A stretch of DNA of 63,597 nt, counting the filler, from Octopus bimaculoides (taxonomy: Eukaryota), in the NCBI RefSeq assembly GCF_001194135.2. It is 6 parts of 5 records of this genome, joined end to end, with 100 filler letters (N's around TTAATTAATTAA, not from the genome) between each part and the next. Parts side by side here need not be neighbours in the genome. Positions count along the whole stretch, not along the records: positions 7,394 to 25,732 come from NC_068994.1; positions 25,833 to 51,893 come from NC_068982.1; 4 more parts are not named here. The stretch is one strand, 5' to 3'. Positions 22,975 through 35,219 of the stretch are shown here, in pieces (position 1 is the stretch's first letter; each line of letters opens with the position of its first letter). Below the pieces are notes generated by a model that did no database searches, was not told the DNA's origin, and saw only the letters and a list, made by a program, of their open reading frames with translations. Position numbers and translations under genes: made by a program.

Positions 22975-23014
22975 TTAACCCTAACCCTAACCCTAACGTT
23001 AGGGTTAGGGTTAA
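22975..23014. repeat. Interstitial telomere-like (CCCTAA)n-(TTAGGG)n palindrome; further (TTAGGG)6 at ~23470-23508
   Basis: Perfect 32-bp palindrome at 22982-23013 centred on AACGTT. Confidence 0.9.
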
Positions 23015-23699
23015 AGCAANNNNNNNNNNNNNNNNNNNNNNNNNNNNNNNNNNNNNNNNNNNNNNNNNNNNNNNNNNNNNNNNNNNNNNNNNNNNNNNNN
23101 NNNNNNNNNNNNNNNNNNNNNNNNNNNNNNNNNNNNNNNNNNNNNNNNNNNNNNNNNNNNNNNNNNNNNNNNNNNNNNNNNNNNNNNNNNNNNNNNNNNN
23201 NNNNNNNNNNNNNNNNNNNNNNNNNNNNNNNNNNNNNNNNNNNNNNNNNNNNNNNNNNNNNNNNNNNNNNNNNNNNNNNNNNNNNNNNNNNNNNNNNNNN
23301 NNNNNNNNNNNNNNNNNNNNNNNNNNNNNNNNNNNNNNNNNNNNNNNNNNNNNNNNNNNNNNNNNNNNNNNNNNNNNNNNNNNNNGTGTGTGCGTGCGTG
23401 TGCGTGCGTGTGCGCGCGAGTGTGTTTGTGCGTGTGTGCACGCGAGGTGTACTTGCGGTTTGCTAGAGGTTTAGGGTTAGGGTTAGGGTTAGGGTTAGGG
23501 TTAGGGTTACGCTCCTCAAAAAAATGAAGAGGTTTCTATTTTCATTCATATCCCCTTAAGGCAGATAATATGCGAAAAAAAAAAAAAGCCCTGTTGTCAT
23601 TGTTGCTATATGGGCGACTTAGAAATTTCTAGCTTTCTAAATATTCATCTCCTTTCTAACTTTTGCGGGTGACCAGTGATTTTCAGCGACGGGAAGTCT

Positions 23700-23975
23700 T
23701 TTGCATTGACCCTAGTGCTCAAACGGTACTTATTTTATTGTCCCGGAACAGATGAAAGCAAAGCCAAGCTCGGCAGAATCTAAATATTGGTACCAAATTT
23801 TGGCACAAGGCCAGCACTTTCGGGGAAGGGTGTAAATTGATTACATCGAGCTCAGGACTCAACTTGGTCCTTGTTTTATTGACGCTGAAACGATGAAAAG
23901 CAAAGTCGATCTTGGCAGAATTTGAACGCAGAACGTAAAGACGTCCGAAATGCTGTTAAACATTTTTTGCCAGCT
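23700..23975 (-). mobile_element. Family B SINE, two partial diverged copies
   Basis: GGCACAAGGCCAGCA..GATTACATCG..AAAGCAAAGTCGATCTTGGCAGAATTTGAAC.CAGAACGTAAAGACG. Confidence 0.72.
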
Positions 23976-24932
23976 CGGCGTCTTGAATTTGATTAAATAT
24001 CGCTAGGCGTTTTGTTCTGAATGTTCGGAAGCCTGTGATGGAAATGTTTCAACTGTATTAATGAGAGAAAATCTTTGTAAAAGTTCGGACACGATAAAGG
24101 CACTACATTTTAACCAATGGCTTCCAAATATAACCAGTGATGATCTCGGACAAACAATAATGACTATTGCCGAAGAACTTCAGGTGCTGCAATGGACTAT
24201 TAGACCTGCAGTGCACGAGGACATGCTTGCCCCACGTTCCATATTCGCATGAGCTTGCACCTTTTGAGTCCCTCCTGTTTCAGCCACGTTAAAAGTTAGT
24301 AAACGGACTGAACTTCAAATCTGAAAACGATGTAAAAATTTATTTACAAACGTTTTTTGCCAGTAAAGACAGGAAATTCTTTAAGCAGGGAATGATGAAT
24401 CTGTCCCCACATGATAGAAGGTACTGGAACGAAACTGTAATTACATATTTGATTGAATAAATTGTTTTGTGTTTAAAACCCGTGTCTTATTTTCGCTGAA
24501 AAAAAGCTTCAACATACTTTGTGGCAAACCTAATATGTACACACACACACACACACGCACGCACACACAAACGCACACACACACACACACACACNNNNNN
24601 NNNNNNNNNNNNNNNNNNNNNNNNNNNNNNNNNNNNNNNNNNNNNNNNNNNNNNNNNNNNNNNNNNNNNNNNNNNNNNNNNNNNNNNNNNNNNNNNNNNN
24701 NNNNNNNNNNNNNNNNNNNNNNNNNNNNNNNNNNNNNNNNNNNNNNNNNNNNNNNNNNNNNNNNNNNNNNNNNNNNNNNNNNNNNNNNNNNNNNNNNNNN
24801 NNNNNNNNNNNNNNNNNNNNNNNNNNNNNNNNNNNNNNNNNNNNNNNNNNNNNNNNNNNNNNNNNNNNNNNNNNNNNNNNNNNNNNNNNNNNNNNNNNNN
24901 NNNNNNNNNNNNNNNNNNNNNNNNNNNNNNNN

Positions 24933-24964
<32 letters not shown>

Positions 24965-25557
24965 TTCATTCACACACACACGCACACACACGCGCACGCA
25001 CAAGATTTAATGATATTTGCGAAAAACCTTGAAGTATGCTACTCAAAGTTCGTCGACAGTCATTAGCTACCAAATGTCATCATACTTTTGTCACTGGATA
25101 TAAATTTGGAAATCTATATTATCCATAGAGTTTATGTAAAGGTACAAGGAAGTGAAAATGGATTGAACGACATTATTTATTTCATATTAATACAATTGTT
25201 TCCATTAATTGTCACATCTATAGCACATCGGTGAGATGGTATAATTATTATCTTACGTAATTACTATTACCTATCAAAGGTGTATAGTGTGTTTCTTCAG
25301 ATGAGCATTTTGAATAAGTCCTGAGTAAGACCAGGCTGTCATTGCATTCTGTACAAGAATGAAAACTCAAGAAAACTACCCCAATAGCGAACAGTAGAAA
25401 AAAGAGATGTTTCTATTTATATTACTTCGATTACACATATTATTAGTTAACTGTGGATAGCTATGTATAATTATATAAAACTATCTAAATCTAAGCAAGC
25501 AGACTCTCGTGTTTCAATGTTGTTGTAGACTTCCGTTGTTGGCAGATTTAAAACTCA

Positions 25558-25702
25558 ACGTAGTTGCTGAAAAGTTCCTGGCTTTAAGAGTATTGCGAAA
25601 GGCCTGGCTTGATGCCCAAACTTCCGGGTTCTTTGACAGGGCTTAGAAAAACTGAAGGACCACTGCAATAAGTGTGTGAATCTGAGATGGTAATATGTTG
25701 AA
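25558..25702 (+). mobile_element. Short mariner-derived non-autonomous fragment
   Basis: TIR-like ACGTAGTTGCTGAAAAGTTCCTGGCTTT, followed by HCNKCVNLR..YVE resembling the mariner transposase C-terminus (W.KCV..G.YVE). Confidence 0.5.
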
Positions 25703-27489
25703 CTTTTCAGCGCCCCTCGTACACACACACACNNNNNNNNNNNNNNNNNNNNNNNNNNNNNNNNNNNNNNNNNNNNTTAATTAATTAANNNNNNNNNNNN
25801 NNNNNNNNNNNNNNNNNNNNNNNNNNNNNNNNTATATATATATATAACATACATCCATACGCCTGTGTGTGTGCGCGGGCCCATTTATGTGTACGTTGAG
25901 GACGAGATTGGTGGGAAGCTGGAATTAAAGTATTAGTGTAATAATGAAGAACCAATAGAATTGACAGAATTGAAGTTAGAAATGTGTGTGTGTTCAGTGC
26001 GTAATCAAAGGTGGATAACTTGTTTCTCTGTGTAGGTTGTGAAATATAGACGTATTTGAAAGAAATCTTGTAATGGCTTACGCAAAAGAATAGATGGCAT
26101 TTATATATGACATTATTTTCTTCCCGAAATTTCCAAGTTAACATTCCTTCTGAAAAGATAAATATTTAATAAAATTTTACTATTGTGTTTTTCGTTCAGC
26201 TAATGGTTTAAGGTTTGATATACATACATGCATACATACATACATTCATACATACAAACAAACATACATACATACATACATAGATACAAACATACATACA
26301 TACATACATACATACATCCATACTCACTCACACATATACATACATACATGTGTGTGTGTAAATGCTGATATTCTTGTGGGAGATGTGAACATCCAATGTT
26401 TTATAAGTATTCGCATTTCTTTTCGGATGTATACTTCTATATATCTTTTTAAACATCGTTCCATTATTTTAATACTTTCGATTACAGTGTTAGACATCTG
26501 CGCATGATTACAGCTGAGTACTGGGAGATATTTCATTATCTTTGCAGATGGCGGCTGAATATATTTTTTCTTCCATCGCTAATTTCGTTGAAAGTTTCAG
26601 AAGTGAGCTGTTTTTAATATCCTATATTTGATGCATGGTTAAAACAAACATGACATAGTAAAATCTTCATTAAAGTTGTTCAAAAGGTGACAAGAACAAT
26701 TATACATCTTCCTGCATGGGTGAAAGTATTCCATGTATCACTACTGTATGTTAGAAACACCAAATATAGCCAAAAACATAAGCACCGCTGTGTAGGTTAA
26801 TCACGACCGCAATAGATTCCGTGATCCACCACATAATTTACCAGCCGTCATTACTTGACCAATAAAAGAACACAATCACTCATCAAATATTACCCGACAG
26901 AATTCATTCGTTTCTGTTAAATAAGGTTAAGATGGCTATATTTGTAGAAACTATGACCTCTGATTTATGGAATCTGTTATTCATTTTTCTGTTAACTTCT
27001 GTTAACACCTCAGCGATGTTAAGTCCACTAAATTTTCCAGTATACCGATATATAAAATTTGAATTTGATTAGTGACGAAGAATTTGATTTGTGAAAAAAG
27101 ACTGACAGAGAATAACGGATAAATTAACGTTAAGTAAGAAAAACAGGTTTTATCGGTAATGTGAACGACTGGAAACTTACCAATGATGATCTTACTTGCC
27201 TGTCATTGCTGAGTGCTTAAATATATGTTATCATGTAGATGTGTAACCTAGCCATTAATTGTCGCACCCATACACAGTCAATCTCTATCTCTTTCTCTAT
27301 CTCTCTCTCCCTCACACACACACACGCACGCACATAGTTTAAAGATCCACGCATCAAAGAAATTCTACTGTATCCATTGAGAGATGGATATCAATTTAAT
27401 ACATGCTCTTATGATACTTCAATAGCCATATTTATAAAATATGCCATGTATCCTAAAGCAATGTTTCAGGCTCCGTTTATAAGTTATAT

Positions 27490-28110
27490 ATATATATTAA
27501 AAACAAGGACGCTGGACAGTAATGTTAAGACAAACGTAGGTAAGAAATTCCAGTCTTTTTTAGATAAACGTTTTCCAATACATCATAAATACAGGAATAT
27601 TTTTAACACTTCGTAAAAATATCATACATTTACAATAGTAAGAACATTATAACTCTCAAATATTATCAAGAGACTACTCCTGGTTGTGGATGTCGAGAAA
27701 CCTCAAGCTTGCTCACATGACAAGGCGTGTATAATAAACTCTGCCATATACGAGGCTGAGGCTACACTAACACTCCATGACAAACGAATAGAAAAGAAGT
27801 ATATCCGGTTATATCAACGCGAATTCAAGAAATGTTATGCAAAGCTCCTGTCTTCTTTCTGGCACATCGATAAAAGTAATGCATCTAAGTTGGCTAGCCA
27901 CATGTGGAATTTGAAGAGCAGCTCCACATCACGTACAATTAAGTGAGGCATAGTGGAGAAATCCTACCCTTGTGTTAATAGATCTAAGAAATGCAAATTA
28001 TGCGTAGCAGAAAGATCTCATATACTTCTTCAATTCAGAAATTCCAACATACTGCTTAATTCGAGATCTGAAATGTTTAGCACGTGTAGACACATGAACA
28101 AGTGTCTTTT
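27490..28110 (+). mobile_element. Penelope-like element relic (RT C-terminus plus GIY-YIG endonuclease)
   Basis: VKTNVGKKFQSFLDKRFPIHHKYRNIFN; CGCR; SAIYEA..KKYI..FKK; ASKLASHMWNLK; KKCKLCVAE; LLNSRSEMFSTCRHMNK. Stops and frameshifts are present. Confidence 0.88.
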
Positions 28111-28814
28111 ATCGAATTAGGTGGCTCCACCCGCTCCGCATTCAGTTGATGTCTCGTTGAATTTGACATATTTTCTGTTATTTTTTCTAAACCAGTTGTA
28201 TTTAATAAGCTTTCTGAAATCAGGGAGGGTGAGTATCTTAGTTTTCTTAATTTCATTTCTTTTTGTCGTTCCATTTTGTACACCAAGATTCGTCTCATTT
28301 TTTCCATTATTTTTTCTTATTTTTTGTACTGTCCAGCGTCTTGGTTTTTTAGAATATGCATAATGCATAAACAGAGTCTGAAAAATTGCTTTAAGATACA
28401 AGAGTATTCTATAAATATGGCTGTTCAAGTGTCATAAAATCATGAAATCATTGGTAGCTCCTTCGATTGTGTATGTAAATTATATTCACGGTCTTGCAGA
28501 TGAATTGAGACCAATCGCAAGCAGTTAATTTAGTGAGTTTCAGTTTTTGACAAAGCCTAGATTCCTTGAAAATCTAATCCTCCTCTTTATATTTCAGGTA
28601 AATAAAGAACTGATTCGACAATAGAAAGTCATAAAACAACGCTATTGTTGTCCTAGCGTGATAGAAATAAACACAAGGCTTGAAATGAAGCCAAAACATT
28701 CACATACATGTCATCTTTTGAAAAAAAAAATGCAATAAGTCCCTTTCCACAGTGTTTAGAGCTTTGAACAAGAACATTGGCAAGACTAGCTACGTTCCTA
28801 ATGTGCAGAAAAAA

Positions 28815-29385
28815 CTCACGTGTTTGTGAAAGAGACGAAATTCAATATGGGCACTAAGGTGAATCGAAGAAATTCTCGAATGATTGTATGCAAATCTTCT
28901 GACGTCTCCAACTGTGTTTGAGACAAAGAATCCTGCTCCTGAAATAGTATTTCGAACCGTGGTGAGTGATGCAAATGTCATGGATCCATACTTCATTGAG
29001 TCTGGCTTCAAGATTGGCAGAGTGGAGTATCTGGACAACCTGAAGAACCCTCTGTTACCTTCGATAGAGCAGAAGGTTCGGTTTGACAATATGGGGCTTA
29101 GCCAAGGTCCCGCACCCAGCCATGGGTCAAAAGCGACACAGGTTTTCCTTGGCGAGAAGGTACCAATTTTTGCGAAGGACAAAGTCTGGTCCAATTATAA
29201 CCGATATCTCAACCTTCTCGATTACTTTTTATGAGACAGTCTTCAACAAAGCACCAATGCTTTACCACACTCAAGCGTCAACAGTTTGTAAACCTGCAAC
29301 ACGTAATGAAAACGGTGGTAGCTGCAAAATAATTTTGTTCTCGTGTGAAGGCAATAATTTCAGAAAAAGACGTGCATATCCTCCA
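28815..29385 (+). mobile_element. Decayed DD37D (maT)-like Tc1/mariner transposase
   Basis: VFVKETKF..VNRRNSR; TKNPAP..VVSDANVMDPYF; KI..EY..LKNPLLP; SQGPAPSHGSKATQVFL; YLNLLDY; FCSRVKAII. This follows the motif order FSDEKxF/NxRNDR/QQDGAPAH/DLNPLDY. Confidence 0.75.
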
Positions 29386-30149
29386 CTAGATCTGGTACAA
29401 GAGATACACCTGTTCCTTTAGTTAAAATATGAAGTATCCCCCGTATTCCAACCTCCCCGTATACCTTTCCCCCAATTTTACCGGAGTAGTAAACATAATT
29501 GCACCCCACTCATCTTGTAATCCTGGATCCCAAATCTGCCCATCAAAATGCTCACCCATACTCCATGCTATTGTCGAGTAAATCCCTAAACCGGAATAGG
29601 CGGACCAGGACACGCAACGTTAACTGGTTCTCCCCAACTTTTCTCTTAATATTAAGACCATAGTCCCTAAGCTCTTCTTTACCCGACTTCCTTATGTCCA
29701 GTTCTCTCTAAACAATGATCAACCAGCAATCGAATAAGTTTTCTTACTACACAACTAACATTGTTAGTATATTCCTACGTCTGAACAGAAAGAAACTGAA
29801 GAATAAGAAACCAACAATTAATTAGCCTTAATCCCAGTAACACACCTCAGGCTAACCTCCAGTCCCCCTCCCACAAACCTATGATATCCTTAAACCTCTT
29901 TACAAATACCGACACTTACATGACCAACCCTAAATTCTATTATTCCTCCTAATACATTTATCCAAGTTTACGACTCCGTTATACCTACACCAAAATAAGC
30001 AGTGATATGACTATTATCATTACACACGAAAAATATTATAAGGTACATCCCCAGAGAACTCTGTCACCACCCTACAAGAATACCAAACCGAGCGTCGCGT
30101 CGGATAATGAACATAGCACCAGGTTAAACTTAGATAATTATAACCTCGT

Positions 30150-30510
30150 AAATTCCACTTTAGTACCTTATAGAATCCTATGCAGCTGTAGACACCCCGC
30201 CTCCTGTCCTTTAGATAGTAGATGCCTCACAAAAATACTGTATACAAATCCATGGTATCAGCTGAGAATTCCAGTTACGTATACATCGGCTCGTGCAGCA
30301 CCACCTTCAAGGATAGAGTTGGTAACCACTATTGTAGATCCTAATCCAAAGCAAGGACTTGCAGCACTTCCTCATCACACCTAATTCATGGCCAGAAACT
30401 AAACTCAATTCTATATAATTTGCAATGGTCCATAGTTACTCATACCAAACAGTTTAACTGTTATTACAACAAATGCGATCTATGCAGGTTATCTGTAATC
30501 TTTTATCGTT
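30150..30510 (+). mobile_element. Penelope-like GIY-YIG relic
   Basis: CSCRHPASCPLDSRCL; YVYIGSCSTTFKDRVGNH; LQWSIV..YNKCDLC. Confidence 0.8.
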
Positions 30511-31559
30511 TATGTATTTCAGCCATTAGACGTAGACACACACACGCACACGCACACGCGCACACAGACAGACAGACAGACACACACACACACATACACC
30601 CCCCCCCACACACACACACAAGACGGCGTCTTTTAGTTTTTGTCTGCCAAATGCATTCACTAGGCTTTGGTTGACCTGGAGCTGCAGAAGACACTTCACA
30701 AATTGCTTGGGAAGCAAGCTTCTTACTCCAAAGTACGCCTGCATTTATTAACAATATTCTCAACGTAAAGAGAGTATGATTAAATTAAGATTTTCAGATT
30801 TAGTTACCATGCCTTGTAAATGAATAGCGAAGGAAATATGTTTGAAAATACAGAAATACACGATTAACAAAAATACAGTCATGATATATCAGTTTTAGGC
30901 AAGCATCAACTAAAGACATATTTCTGAAAGCTTTTCAATTCATATTCTGTGTTCTTCGTCGCCGAAAAGGAAAATGAAAAATAGCACGAGATGAAATATA
31001 TCACTTATGTAATGTGGCGAAGGCAGATAAATCTTGTAGCTAGTGTATAAAACTTGTGTTTTTATGTATGCGTGTGAGAAAGTGCGTGATCCTGCGCGCA
31101 TGTGTGCTTTATGAATACTTCTTATCTAAAAGACGTTCATCTCTATATATGTGTATAGTAGTATGGAAATGTATCAATAACATTCATAGTATTCTTCAAC
31201 ATGTCCGTTTGTTAACATGTATGTTTCTTTGAGTCTATTTGATTAGTACTTAGTGGCAAGCCTTACCGAAATAATCAGAGTGTCCTTCTAGAAGAATGGT
31301 GGAACGATAGCTTGAGATTGGTGATTCTTCAGTGCGCACTGATATCAATCAGTTATTTCCGCGTTCCGGCGCTCTCATTGATTATCATCACGTATGCCAG
31401 TTAATCTATAAATGAGACTCTGACAGTACTACTAATCTGAGGCAAGGTAGAGCTAGGGAAAAATGTGGGAACAAGGTTGTCTCGAACCTTAGAAAAACAT
31501 GGAACTCCCGAAGCAGAATCCCACAACTGGAAGCAGTTTAAGAGTCATTCGCAGGACAA

Positions 31560-32340
31560 ACAAACAATCATAAAAAATGTCATCGCTGTATCACCTGCAG
31601 ATGAGACATAATATTGTAGCCAGGACAGCGTATAATTAAATCTTCCGTAGGGATCACCCTCAGGCCACAGAAATAAGAACCCACAGGATGGTAGAGTCCA
31701 CAGCTACTCATAATAAGGAGTACTGGTGGAATGTCTCAGTGAAAACCTGAATAAATACAAAATATAAACATAGACCCTGGCATAGTGATTTGGGACAAGA
31801 AGAAATATTGTGTACTGTTGTGCAAATCAAATGTCCAGCAGATGTTACCATAAAGCTAAAATCAGCGAAAATGAAAATACCTACGCTTAAGTAATGAGAA
31901 ATCTACAGTTACCCTATGTAGATAATGAGTTCAGGTTTTTACCTGTAATTATTGGGGCACTGGGATATATAACACAGTGCCTGGGTACCAATCTCCAGTA
32001 CTTAAGTTTTTCAAAACAAGAAAGGAGAAAGGTCATTCGGAGAATACAGATTCAAGCAATCACTTGAACTGTAAAAATTTGTAAAATTTTCCAGATATTT
32101 ATCATTGAAGTACATATGCGCATCACTAGACGTGCAAGTATATGCACGAAAACACCTATATAAAGCAAAACATACAATATGCACATGCACTGAAACCAAA
32201 TGTTGCACATATACTCACATACATAGAAACATACCCTGCTAGTGTTGTTGAAATTCTAGTGAAGGTGGCTTTGGATCTAGGTTAGAAACCGGCCCATTCT
32301 TAATTGGCTAGAAATCTTGAGGAAACTGAATAATGATATA
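31560..32340 (+). mobile_element. R4/Dong/CRE-type (restriction-like endonuclease) non-LTR retrotransposon 3' relic plus UTR
   Basis: MRHNIVAR; RP(G)IVIWDK; VQIKCPAD; FLPVIIGALG; RRIQIQAI..TVKICK. These match the RHN / PD..(D/E)xK..P.D / PVIIGALG signature of RLE domains. Confidence 0.8.
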
Positions 32341-33339
32341 CATATATACGTTCAAGCATGCATGCATATATACATACATTTATACACATATGATTGATAG
32401 ATTAAACTCATTTTCAAGGATTGAAGTGTGAGCCACTCTAAGTTTCATATAACGATAGAACTGTAAGTGGACGTGCTAGTATAAGAAACCGTTTACCATC
32501 TTCCAATATTCGAGGCTCCAGACATATTGCAGGATATTACACGGTACGCTATTATAGCTTGTACTATCAGAGCTTATAGTAAATCAAAATTGAATTCTGT
32601 GTTTATTAAATGACATTTATTTCTCGATGTGAGGGAGTACCTGGTTGTTGGTATTACCAATAACGCAACTGTCTCTGTCCTGTGGCCAGCGTGGTTGTAT
32701 CTGCAGCCACAAACGTGCAATAGCTGGAGGAATGATTTTCGTCGGTGTGGAATGACTTGTATGTTTCGTGAGGTCCTTAAAGCTTCATTAGCGATATAGA
32801 GTTACCAATTAAAAAATTCACTATATATACATACATATATATACATACATACATATATATATATACATACATATATATATNNNNNNNNNNNNNNNNNNNN
32901 NNNNNNNNNNNNNNNNNNNNNNNNNNNNNNNNNNNNNNNNNNNNNNNNNNNNNNNNNNNNNNNNNNNNNNNNNNNNNNNNNNNNNNNNNNNNNNNNNNNN
33001 NNNNNNNNNNNNNNNNNNNNNNNNNNNNNNNNNNNNNNNNNNNNNNNNNNNNNNNNNNNNNNNNNNNNNNNNNNNNNNNNNNNNNNNNNNNNNNNNNNNN
33101 NNNNNNNNNNNNNNNNNNNNNNNNNNNNNNNNNNNNNNNNNNNNNNNNNNNNNNNNNNNNNNNNNNNNNNNNNNNNNNNNNNNNNNNNNNNNNNNNNNNN
33201 NNNNNNNNNNNNNNNNNNNNNNNNNNNNNNNNNNNNNNNNNNNNNNNNNNNNNNNNNNNNNNNNNNNNNNNNNNNNNNNNNNNNNNNNNNNNNNNNNNNN
33301 NNNNNNNNNNNNNNNNNNNNNNNNNNNNNNNNNNNNNNN

Positions 33340-33385
<46 letters not shown>

Positions 33386-33771
33386 CTCAATGTAGATTCG
33401 AGTATATTCATCGGACGTTTGTATTTGGTGGCTATGCGGACGGAAATATATATGGTTGTACGTTTCAGCAATACCCAATATCAATAACAATATCAAATTC
33501 ATATGATAATTAGATTGGCTTTTTCACATAGCTGTTTGAGTGTTTGTAGCAATATCTTCAGACATCTGTGACGTCCTTGCTGATATCACTGCATCTTTTA
33601 CTTTTATTTTTTTCATATCCTGGAATTTCTGTGCACAATGATCAGTGAGCAAGTCAGAAAAGAATTTGATTCTATGAAACAAGTAAATCAACCGTAAAAA
33701 AAACACATAAATATAAAAATAAGTGTGTGTTTTAATCATCTGGAAACATAACTGCCACAAAATATCATGTT

Positions 33772-33809
<38 letters not shown>

Positions 33810-34093
33810 GTATATATATATATATATGTGTTTGTGCGGAGGCAGACACGTACACAAACACACATGTACAGATACTCTCTATCTCTCTCACACACACAGA
33901 CTCACACACACTCACACACACGCACACACACACACAAACCCAAACACATACACACATATACGTACATATGACTGTAACTCACACGAACATTCCATTCCTC
34001 TCTCAAGAATACATACATGCACACATACATACGTATATACATAAATACCCACATATGTGTGATGTGTGTGTAGATTCATATATATATATATAT

Positions 34094-34094
<1 letters not shown>

Positions 34095-34156
<62 letters not shown>
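34095..34156. repeat. (GATA)n microsatellite; (TATC)n at 35085-35220
   Basis: Directly visible. Confidence 0.95.
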
Positions 34157-34158
<2 letters not shown>

Positions 34159-35099
34159 CATACCGATACCGCCACATCCATATACGTTTTTATATGTATC
34201 TCCATAAACATATGCATCTGATTGTGCGCACGTGTATATATGTACGCCTATATGCGCATATATATATACATATGTGTTTGTGTGTGTGTGTGTGTTTGTG
34301 TGTATACGTGTGTGCGTGTATGGATGATTGTATGTATATATGCATGCATAGACTTATGTATACTTCAAAAGGAAGGTTCAGTAATAAATCACGCATATGT
34401 TTGTATTTCGGCTGTAATTATTCACTTATATTTACGTGGATTGTATGCTTATGTAAGTTATATGTATAAGTTATCTGGGAAACAAAAGTAACAAAGAGAA
34501 ACGGGGACAAAATATAACTACGAAAAAAGAAAAAAAGAAAAGAATCAAATACGCAAATACAAGAATAAAAATAAAACGAGAAAATAAATTCTGCAAACAA
34601 TATATACTAAAAACAAAATGAATACTTTTCAGATCGTTGTATTTCATTCTAATGGATACCTTCTGAATGGTTGAATTGAAAGCTGAAACGTAAAAGAATT
34701 AGCCATTAAAAGTTCAGTAAGCAAAACTACAATAATCAAACACAGAAAATAACTATAAATCATGAAAGATAATACAGTATAATTAAAATACATTAGCAGA
34801 ACTTATTATTAAAGAAGTTTAAGTTACTTAAATTTATCATTGCTCTCTTAAAGCCCAGCACGAGACATTTTTATTGATGTGACGTGATATAAAGAAACAA
34901 ATAATAAAAACTCACAATGATATAAATTTAAATATAGAAATATAACATAACAAATATACAACTGTGGCGTATTATCATGCGTTTCATTCTCAATGTGAGA
35001 ATTTAAATTTCACAAAATGAGTAGAAATTTAAAAACCGATAATATATCAATAGATAATTATCTGTATTATATAAGTCTGTTTCCTATCTATCTGTCTGC

Positions 35100-35219
<120 letters not shown>

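Noticed and set aside
28497-28520. CAGATGA-ATTG-AGAC-CAAT-C-GCAA as a hammerhead downstream of the 27.5-kb Penelope relic
   Set aside because: Two core substitutions and no stem I/III. It may belong to the adjacent DNA transposon end.
29422-30000. 63-aa minus ORF and adjacent AC-skewed DNA
   Set aside because: No recognisable family. It could be the eroded upstream part of the 30.2-kb Penelope relic but cannot be supported.
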